This document shows, piece by piece, positions 1 through 5,756 of a DNA stretch of 42,822 nucleotides. Origin of the DNA: a phage. The DNA lies in NCBI GenBank assembly GCA_018167975.1, contig GCA_018167975.1_4333.1, one strand, 5' to 3'. Made by a program: the position numbers and the translations under genes. Under the pieces are notes generated by a model. That model searched no databases. It saw only the letters and a program-made list of their open reading frames with translations, and was not told the DNA's origin. Positions within the stretch are counted from its first letter, which is position 1, and each line of letters opens with the position of its first letter.

Positions 1-32
1 AAAAAAAAATCCCGGCTGGGTCAGGGCCGGGA
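1..32 (-). terminator. Rho-independent terminator (minus strand): 7-bp GC stem TCCCGGC/GCCGGGA followed on the minus strand by a T9 run
   Basis: Inverted repeat 10-16 / 26-32 with A9 at 1-9 on the plus strand (= U9 after the hairpin on the minus-strand transcript); downstream of the leftward lysis operon. Confidence 0.6.
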
Positions 33-103
33 TAAAACTGGAGAGCAGAGGGATGGAACAGGAGGTGATTTAAGTATCGTCGGATTGGTCTTATGTGTCA
101 ATT

Positions 104-135
104 GGTAAAATAAAACCCGGATTCGCGGTCCGGGT
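104..135 (-). terminator. Rho-independent terminator (minus strand), first of a tandem pair
   Basis: Stem ACCCGGA (115-121) / TCCGGGT (129-135), loop TTCGCGG; plus-strand AAAATAAA immediately upstream gives a U-rich tail on the minus transcript. Confidence 0.5.
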
Positions 136-264
136 TTCGGTCATAAGCCCCTGAACCCCACGCAGTCTCCACCGCTTGGGCTGCTGCTTCAGGTTTACCA
201 GGGCTTAGTATGTGGGCACAAACAGCGTGGAAGTAAGTTTACTAAACGCCTTCGTATTCGTCCA

Positions 265-750
265 TCATTTAACAGCCCTCCCGATAGCCTCCGCCTCCTG
301 CCACGGTTTACCGTCGAACAGCGCCAGACGGCCAGCTGTACGGCGGCGCAGGCCAAGTAACGGTTTGCCGTTCTGGTTGATGAACAGCGCCAGCTTAGCC
401 CGCAGCGTCGTGGTATCGCCAGAACGCAGCGCCTTACCCGTGCCTGTAGTAGCTGCAATCACACCAGCACCTGCGTTGTAGACCAGGTCGCAAATTGCGT
501 CAAACTGTGCCTGTGTTAATGAATGGTGGGCTGCTGCATCAACCGCAGCTACGGCCTTAGCCATATCACGATTCAGTAACAGGAGGCCCTGACCGGGTGT
601 GATGGTCTTGCCTGGCGTTACGTCAGGCCCGTAGTGCCCGTAACCGATAGTCAGGTACTTCTCATTCGGCGTAGCGCGGTACGCGGTTCCGCGGAACCCC
701 TCAAACGCAGCGGTGAAATGCAGTCCATTATCTGAAATGTTTCGAGACAC
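265..750 (-). CDS. Endolysin, GH24 (T4/lambda-type) lysozyme
   Basis: ORF 265..801; translation contains FEGFRGTAY...TIGYGH...LNRD, typical of phage lysozymes; probable GTG start at 750 preceded by GGAGG (rc of 759-763); alternative TTG at 801. Confidence 0.8.
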   Translation of the reverse strand: MSRNISDNGLHFTAAFEGFRGTAYRATPNEKYLTIGYGHYGPDVTPGKTITPGQGLLLLNRDMAKAVAAVDAAAHHSLTQAQFDAICDLVYNAGAGVIAATTGTGKALRSGDTTTLRAKLALFINQNGKPLLGLRRRTAGRLALFDGKPWQEAEAIGRAVK

Positions 751-1000
751 GCTTATGTCCTCCGTACGATAACCACGCCTGGCGAATCTGGCGTAGCGCA
801 ACTAATGTGATTAATGTCTCGGGCAGTGTTGGTGACATGCTGCCCTGTAACAGGTGGATGCATCCGGCAGCGCAGACGATAGCGGTCAGGATATAGAGCA
901 CCCGGCCAAATAATCCGTCGTCCACGCTGGGGTGGTATACATTAAAAAGCGATGTGCCCCCGATTGCCAGCATACCGCCGAACCAGAATAACTCATTCAT
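728..1000 (-). CDS. Holin/antiholin-like small membrane protein (2 predicted TM helices)
   Basis: Internal ATG at 998-1000 with GGAGG RBS 5 nt upstream; hydrophobic stretches FWFGGMLAIGGTSLF and VLYILTAIVCAAGCIHLL; located between the other holin-like gene and the endolysin, overlapping both. Confidence 0.55.
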   Translation of the reverse strand: MNELFWFGGMLAIGGTSLFNVYHPSVDDGLFGRVLYILTAIVCAAGCIHLLQGSMSPTLPETLITLVALRQIRQAWLSYGGHKRVSKHFR

Positions 1001-1301
1001 CTGTGCCTCCTCGACGTGCGATGTATTCTCCGGCGACGATACCAGAGAGACGGGAATAGATAGGCATCCAGAGAATAGCGATAATGAAGCCGAGGCCAGC
1101 GATTTCACGGTCGCCCGTGATTCCAAACCATTGAGCGGCAAGAGGTGCGCCAAATACAGCGCAAGTGAAGCCAGTTGCGATAAAGCAGAATCCGTCGATA
1201 GGGCCGGAAATAGCGGACTTATGTTGCCTTAGCCCGATTACCCCTCCGGCTAGCGCGGCAGCGAGAAGCCAGCCTGTCACTGTTTCAGTAAATTTATCCA
1301 A
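993..1301 (-). CDS. Holin-like membrane protein (3 predicted TM helices)
   Basis: TTG start at 1301 with GGAGG RBS 7 nt upstream; three hydrophobic segments (WLLAAALAGGVIGL, GFCFIATGFTCAVFGAPLAA, IAGLGFIIAILWMPIY); first gene of the lysis cassette. Confidence 0.55.
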   Translation of the reverse strand: MDKFTETVTGWLLAAALAGGVIGLRQHKSAISGPIDGFCFIATGFTCAVFGAPLAAQWFGITGDREIAGLGFIIAILWMPIYSRLSGIVAGEYIARRGGTDE

Positions 1302-1360
1302 GATGAATCCTCCAGGTGCGTATTAAGTATGCAGTAACTGGAGGATACCACGGCTAGGAA

Positions 1361-1801
1361 TTATCCTAATAGTTGTTTGGTAATAATCTTGCCACCGGTG
1401 TTAGTGTCGAACTTCGAGGCAACAGCTACGCCACCATGTGCCGAATACCCGCATTCCATAGCCGCTAATGCATAAGGAGAACCGGAACCAACGGCGGCAA
1501 AGCTATCGGCAACTGGAATAACCGAACTAAGTGCACAATCCCATGATTTATAAAATGCGACTTTATACACCTTTTCTGTGTCTTTCACGAACACCAGGGC
1601 TTCGAAATCGAAGTCGTAGTGCTGTGGCCAAAGAATATCGGGACGATCGATAAGCATAGTCCCTACCCCAGCATCACCAGCCACCCCGATAACGGCAAAA
1701 TTATTCTCATATATCTTTGTGTCTGTGTTGTAACAGTTGCTCCCGCACACAACACGGGTGTCACAAGCCATTGTCTTTCCGTCAAACGCGATAGTAGTCA
1801 T
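1361..1801 (-). CDS. HslV-like Ntn-hydrolase (proteasome-type threonine peptidase homolog)
   Basis: N-terminus MTTIAF (Thr directly after Met, as in HslV MTTIVSV) and AVGSGSPYALAA matching the HslV GSGGPYAQAA signature; GGAG RBS 8 nt upstream of the ATG at 1801. Confidence 0.55.
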   Translation of the reverse strand: MTTIAFDGKTMACDTRVVCGSNCYNTDTKIYENNFAVIGVAGDAGVGTMLIDRPDILWPQHYDFDFEALVFVKDTEKVYKVAFYKSWDCALSSVIPVADSFAAVGSGSPYALAAMECGYSAHGGVAVASKFDTNTGGKIITKQLLG

Positions 1802-2090
1802 TTATGTCTCCAGATGTATTGTCGTCTCTGCGGTTTCGTCGGAATATCTTCATACCCAGCGATTTCCAGTAATTAAATAACCGATTAGCAATAGCCGCCC
1901 GTTCCTTTGTCTTGAACTCGCCGAGGTTCACGGCCTTCCCGTTCTGGAATCCACAGGCGCGGACAGCCTTGCGTCTGGCCTGAATCTCGGTGTACAGCGC
2001 ATTACGGCGGCGCTTGTATATCTGTGTTTTAGCTCTCGGCGACAGCGGCGCAAGGCCGCTTCGTTTCAGGATGTCAGTTGCAAGAGTCAT
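1782..2090 (-). CDS. Hypothetical basic protein
   Basis: ATG at 2088-2090 with GGGGTGA RBS; Arg/Lys-rich 102-aa product; no recognisable motif. Confidence 0.5.
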   Translation of the reverse strand: MTLATDILKRSGLAPLSPRAKTQIYKRRRNALYTEIQARRKAVRACGFQNGKAVNLGEFKTKERAAIANRLFNYWKSLGMKIFRRNRRDDNTSGDINDYYRV

Positions 2091-2096
2091 TTTACA

Positions 2097-2552
2097 TCAC
2101 CCCACAACCCGGTACGCAATAATGTCATAATCTCGTTCGCCGTTACATAACCACCAGCGATAAATACACGAATCGTCCTTATATGCGATGGTACCGTCGC
2201 GGAATTTAACATCGACAAGCCTCCCCGGAACAGGGTTTTCACCTCCGGGCCATACTGTCCACGCAGACTCCTTCCCGTTATGTTCCACCCCTTCCACATG
2301 TGTAATTGACCCGCGGTTCGCGCACTCGACGTAATCCGGGAACTGGTCTTTGTATTTCTGTAACTCGGCTTTTACTTCTGCCAGTCTCGCCACGAGTCCC
2401 TCGATTTCCATGTCCGTAGTGGTTATGTAGTCCTGGAAATCGTCATCCAGTTCCTTGTAATCTCCATAACGCACCCAGTCACCGTCTGCGTCTTTCTCTA
2501 AGTCAATATGCCCCGTAACACAGTCTTCTTTTAAATCGTATCTCTGTACCAT
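2097..2552 (-). CDS. Hypothetical protein
   Basis: ORF 2097..2558; ATG at 2550-2552 preceded by AGGAGAA at 9-nt spacing; acidic N-terminal half. Confidence 0.5.
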   Translation of the reverse strand: MVQRYDLKEDCVTGHIDLEKDADGDWVRYGDYKELDDDFQDYITTTDMEIEGLVARLAEVKAELQKYKDQFPDYVECANRGSITHVEGVEHNGKESAWTVWPGGENPVPGRLVDVKFRDGTIAYKDDSCIYRWWLCNGERDYDIIAYRVVG

Positions 2553-2554
2553 AA

Positions 2555-2758
2555 TCACTTCTCCTGTTTACCAAGTCGCTTAGGTGAGCAGATAGCGCGT
2601 ACCTCTGAATCGTTGGGCTTGTCGCCCTGAAACAGGAAGTGCGCGTTCTCTGCGGCGCGTGCCGCTGACTGGCACGCCTCCATCGAGTAAAACGTTTCTG
2701 ATGCCGCGAGTTGCATCTGACCCGCGGACAGTACCCAGATAAATAAGATGCTGGTCAT
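2555..2758 (-). CDS. Small putative secreted protein (N-terminal signal-peptide-like segment, 3 Cys)
   Basis: ATG at 2756-2758 overlapping the upstream stop (ATGA); MTSILFIWVLSAGQMQLAASE resembles a signal peptide; stop overlaps the next start. Confidence 0.4.
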   Translation of the reverse strand: MTSILFIWVLSAGQMQLAASETFYSMEACQSAARAAENAHFLFQGDKPNDSEVRAICSPKRLGKQEK

Positions 2759-3219
2759 AAGTTTATTACCCCGCGTTTGGCGCAACGCCTGTACTCTTCT
2801 CCGTTAGGATAATAATAATCCCACTCGTGTTTGCATTTCTGCGTATCGTTTTTAGGTTTATATTCCTTGTCGTCCCACTCACGCGCACCCCATTCACAGC
2901 AAAACCGACTACCAGGCACGTTATCCTTGTGGCCTTCCGCAATAAACAATCCGGGAGCGATAATCCAATTGTGGTCGCATTCCTGAACGTCTTCTTTACG
3001 GCAACCGGATTGCTCCTGTTTGCGTAGAACTTTGTAAGCCTCAACGTCCCCGTTCATTAACGTTATAGTCCCCATCAACTCGTCAACCACCTCTGACACA
3101 TCACGTAACTGATTCTTAAGTGACTGCACCTCGTGCGCCAGGTCTTCGCACTGGTTGCTATTTACCTGCTGCCGTAACTGGTCAATCAGGTACTCGAATA
3201 CTTCGTTTTTAGTGTTCAT
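2755..3219 (-). CDS. Hypothetical protein with coiled-coil N-terminus and Cys/His-rich C-terminal domain (possible zinc binding)
   Basis: ATG at 3217-3219; C-terminal half has CRKEDVQECDH...FCCEW...CKHEW...RRC pattern. Confidence 0.5.
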   Translation of the reverse strand: MNTKNEVFEYLIDQLRQQVNSNQCEDLAHEVQSLKNQLRDVSEVVDELMGTITLMNGDVEAYKVLRKQEQSGCRKEDVQECDHNWIIAPGLFIAEGHKDNVPGSRFCCEWGAREWDDKEYKPKNDTQKCKHEWDYYYPNGEEYRRCAKRGVINL

Positions 3220-3337
3220 ATTCTTCGCTCACTCCGTTATAGACGCCGTTGTAATCCCCGTCGCAGATGAACGGGCAGAGCATATCTTCGTACTCGTCCT
3301 GCAACTCACCTAAAGTCACTTCGCTATAATCTTTCAT
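3209..3337 (-). CDS. Small hypothetical protein (42 aa, acidic)
   Basis: Below the ORF-track length cutoff; ATG at 3335-3337 preceded by GAGAGGAGAGA RBS; stop overlaps the start of the 2755..3219 gene; first gene downstream of the promoter at 3369-3397. Confidence 0.35.
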   Translation of the reverse strand: MKDYSEVTLGELQDEYEDMLCPFICDGDYNGVYNGVSEEYEH

Positions 3338-3368
3338 CTTTTGTCTCTCCTCTCGTTTGTGTAAATGA

Positions 3369-3397
3369 ATAGTAGCCTATTCTATCTTAGCGTGCAA
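3369..3397 (-). promoter_or_regulatory. Sigma70-like promoter (minus strand): -35 TTGCAC, 17-bp spacer, -10 TACTAT, with AATAG-N4-CTATT palindrome in the spacer
   Basis: rc of 3392-3397 = TTGCAC; rc of 3369-3374 = TACTAT; spacer 17 nt; same design as the promoters at 4831, 26106, 35159 and 37018. Confidence 0.5.
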
Positions 3398-3557
3398 GTA
3401 AATTTTATTGGTGTTTGTATTGTTGCATCTCCTGCAATAGTCGCTTCGATTGTTGCGTTTGGTGAAATAGAACAAAAATGAGAAAAATGATACGCTGCTG
3501 TGTAGCAGCGTAAGTCACAAAGCCAAATAGTAACCTATTGACCTGTTACACCACCTG

Positions 3558-3755
3558 CTACACCAGCGACGGCGGCTCAGGTAACGGCATCCAGTGAGTC
3601 ACTTCATCACGTGAAAACCACCCAACCCCTGTAACATACCAGGCGTCATTTCTATCGTTGAACCATGCCACTCTGCAAACCATATCCATGTCGGTTATTA
3701 TTACGTCACGGCATGCCGTAGGCATCCGCCCACTACACTTAACCCACTCGCTCAT
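3558..3755 (-). CDS. Hypothetical phage protein, DUF551-like (C-terminal HWMPLPEPP)
   Basis: C-terminal WYVTGVGWFSRDEVTHWMPLPEPP resembles the DUF551 pattern common in enterobacterial phages. Confidence 0.45.
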   Translation of the reverse strand: MSEWVKCSGRMPTACRDVIITDMDMVCRVAWFNDRNDAWYVTGVGWFSRDEVTHWMPLPEPPSLV

Positions 3756-3913
3756 AAATCACCTCTCTTCTCAAATGCACCAGCCATTACATTTGCACCA
3801 GCTTTCCACGCCCGCCACGCCAGACGCGTCTTAACGTTCAGGTACTCTTTCTTCGAACCCTTGTTAACCGGCAGGCCCTCGACGACGGCCCACCGTTCAA
3901 ATGCTTCTCTCAT
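3752..3913 (-). CDS. Small hypothetical protein (53 aa)
   Basis: Below track cutoff; ATG at 3911-3913; stop overlaps the ATG of the 3558..3755 gene (ATGA); fills the gap between flanking genes. Confidence 0.3.
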   Translation of the reverse strand: MREAFERWAVVEGLPVNKGSKKEYLNVKTRLAWRAWKAGANVMAGAFEKRGDL

Positions 3914-3916
3914 AAC

Positions 3917-4183
3917 TTAGCCCATCTTCTCTTTAACGTGTACCCAGAATTCACCGCAATACCAACACCACATAAGATTAGGTGTCTCGCGAACCCAACC
4001 GTAATCCCCGCGTGCGCGAATCGGGATAATGCCTTTAATGAAATAATAACCTGTTCGCAGAAACTCAGGGTCGCGCGTCGCGGTGCGCCACATGTTATAA
4101 AACTGCTCCAGCCCGGCACCCCGACGCATGACCCGTACCTTATGAAGGGTGTCAGAGACTTTTTCCAGTTCAGTATTATTCAT
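3917..4183 (-). CDS. Hypothetical protein
   Basis: ORF 3917..4231; ATG at 4181-4183 with GGAG RBS about 10 nt upstream. Confidence 0.4.
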   Translation of the reverse strand: MNNTELEKVSDTLHKVRVMRRGAGLEQFYNMWRTATRDPEFLRTGYYFIKGIIPIRARGDYGWVRETPNLMWCWYCGEFWVHVKEKMG

Positions 4184-4385
4184 AACTAATAACTCCGATA
4201 ACTTTAGATTTCTCGCGCCGGGTGCAACCATGTTCGATGTAGTAGCGCGCCTGCTTGACGCTTTCGCAACGGGTCAGAGTAACCCACCAGAAAAAGCCAA
4301 CGCGAACCTGCACGGCAGGTGTAATTCGTTTCTCACCGAAGGCGGTAACCCACTCTTCGCTAACTATGCGGTATTTACTTAACAC
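4176..4385 (-). CDS. Hypothetical protein
   Basis: ORF 4176..4421; GTG at 4383-4385 preceded by GGGAGG (rc of 4391-4396) at 5-nt spacing. Confidence 0.35.
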   Translation of the reverse strand: MLSKYRIVSEEWVTAFGEKRITPAVQVRVGFFWWVTLTRCESVKQARYYIEHGCTRREKSKVIGVISYE

Positions 4386-4617
4386 GGCAACCTCCCTCAG
4401 AGTCGTCGGCACTGGCATCATGATTCGATGCCGTTGTGAATAACGCTAACCATCTCCAGGTATAAACACCCATACGCCCTTCATACACATCCTCGTCAGT
4501 TACCCGATAATCATCGCCATCATCAGAGGTAACGTACCCATCGATACTTAACGTATAACGCTTTCCTTCTGTGAAGTAATCGCAGAGACTGGTAACGCAA
4601 ATTAATTCTTCCATCAC
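4375..4617 (-). CDS. Hypothetical acidic protein
   Basis: ORF with Asp/Glu-rich middle (TSDDGDDYRVTDEDVYEG); start overlaps the upstream stop. Confidence 0.4.
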   Translation of the reverse strand: MMEELICVTSLCDYFTEGKRYTLSIDGYVTSDDGDDYRVTDEDVYEGRMGVYTWRWLALFTTASNHDASADDSEGGCRVK

Positions 4618-4796
4618 TTCGCCCCTTTGAATTTAAAATTGTTGCCGATGAGTGTTAGCTCGTCTTCACGCACCCCCACGTCAAAGTCCCATTCTGGGTG
4701 CGTGAGATGGTACGACCCTGGAACTTTATTCGGAACTCGTTTAATAATTCCATATTGGCCCTGTACAGTTTTAACCAACTGACCACGTTTAAACAT
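4614..4796 (-). CDS. Hypothetical protein (first gene of leftward accessory operon)
   Basis: ORF 4614..4805; ATG at 4794-4796 preceded by GAGGAG; lies about 30 nt downstream of the leftward promoter at 4831-4859. Confidence 0.45.
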   Translation of the reverse strand: MFKRGQLVKTVQGQYGIIKRVPNKVPGSYHLTHPEWDFDVGVREDELTLIGNNFKFKGAK

Positions 4797-4830
4797 AACC
4801 CTCACTCCTCTGTCTCGTTTCGATAAGTGA

Positions 4831-4859
4831 ATAGTATCCTATTATGTTGGGGTGTGCAA
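4831..4859 (-). promoter_or_regulatory. Sigma70-like promoter (minus strand): -35 TTGCAC, 17-bp spacer, -10 TACTAT, with embedded AATAG-N4-CTATT palindrome
   Basis: rc of 4854-4859 = TTGCAC, rc of 4831-4836 = TACTAT; the 37 nt 4824-4860 are an exact reverse-complement copy of 26105-26141. Confidence 0.55.
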
Positions 4860-5195
4860 GAGAATAGTTACGTTGCCGTTGTGATTCTTTCGTGTAATAG
4901 GATAGCGAGCGAAACGAAACGAACGTGGTGCCGAAGGCACCAAGAGTGAGTGAGTGAGCTTGCGAATCAATAACTTATATCATGTGGTAAAATTTAAATA
5001 GACGGGGGCTTTCTTGCGACTTGCTGTTACTTTGAGGAAACTTAGATACTAACGTTGTCGAAGTGACTCTCAGCGCCCGTCCTTCATTGGCCGGGCTTTG
5101 GTCACCAGAGACTTAATAATAATGTTTCTAAGTAATTCTAAACTAAAGTCCTTCGATACGTTGATTTTACAGCTACATTTTATTTTGTCAACAGG

Positions 5196-5224
5196 TTGTG
5201 TTTAGCTATCGTGGGTGTTATAGT
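5196..5224 (+). promoter_or_regulatory. Candidate early rightward promoter: -35 TTGTGT, 17-bp spacer, -10 TATAGT
   Basis: TATAGT at 5219-5224 (the -10 hexamer shared by the plus-strand promoters at 8656, 10943 and 15053); weak -35; 30 nt upstream of the HTH gene start. Confidence 0.35.
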
Positions 5225-5253
5225 TGTTTCACTTGATAAAGAGGGCGCGTAAA

Positions 5254-5433
5254 ATGACACAGAAAGAAGTAGCAGACTTAATAGGGGTATCTCCTATGAC
5301 GCTTAATCGCTGGTTACGGTCTGGTAAGTTCCCGGAGTGTTGCCGGGTTATTAATGGCTACCGGCAGCCCGGTACTTTTGACCGCGCTACTGTGGAGGAG
5401 TGGATTAAGGAGAACGTGAAAGATGTTAACTAA
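5254..5433 (+). CDS. Small helix-turn-helix DNA-binding protein (AlpA/Xis/MerR-like HTH)
   Basis: MTQKEVADLIGVSPMTLNRWLRSGKFP is a classic HTH segment; ATG at 5254 with GAGGG RBS; first gene of the rightward early operon. Confidence 0.55.
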   Translation: MTQKEVADLIGVSPMTLNRWLRSGKFPECCRVINGYRQPGTFDRATVEEWIKENVKDVN

Positions 5434-5698
5434 ATTCCAGAAACACATATTAATGTGCGCACGCAGACTTACCGAGGCGAACGGTGCTTTTACAGTAGAC
5501 GGGCTTCGGAGATACCGGTTAGATAATTACGGTGTAAACCCGCTTAAACATGCTTTAGATGTTCTCGAGCGGCACGGGGAAATTCTTAATAAAGGAAAGT
5601 TTTATCGGGCTACAAGAGCAACGCCGATTACAGAGAAAGCGAGAAGTATTGGAAAAGTGTTGGTCCCCGAGGGTAATATCTCCCGCGACCTGGAATAA
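5423..5698 (+). CDS. Hypothetical protein
   Basis: ATG at 5423 with AAGGAG 10 nt upstream; overlaps the upstream stop by 11 nt. Confidence 0.5.
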   Translation: MLTKFQKHILMCARRLTEANGAFTVDGLRRYRLDNYGVNPLKHALDVLERHGEILNKGKFYRATRATPITEKARSIGKVLVPEGNISRDLE

Positions 5699-5756
5699 AA
5701 GAAAGCCCCGACGCGGTGAACGCCGAGGCCAAATTACTTGCTGAAGGAAATACAAC

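Noticed and set aside
195-481. ORFs 195..458 (-) and 212..481 (+) from the six-frame track
   Set aside because: Both lie entirely within, and out of frame or antisense to, the endolysin gene, whose translation has a clear lysozyme signature; Arg/Ala-rich low-complexity products; no RBS.
4861-5250. Possible tRNA or small RNA gene in the large divergent intergenic region
   Set aside because: No cloverleaf-compatible sequence found by eye (no GTTCGAATC-like T-loop with matching acceptor stem); retained only as a low-interest regulatory-region finding.
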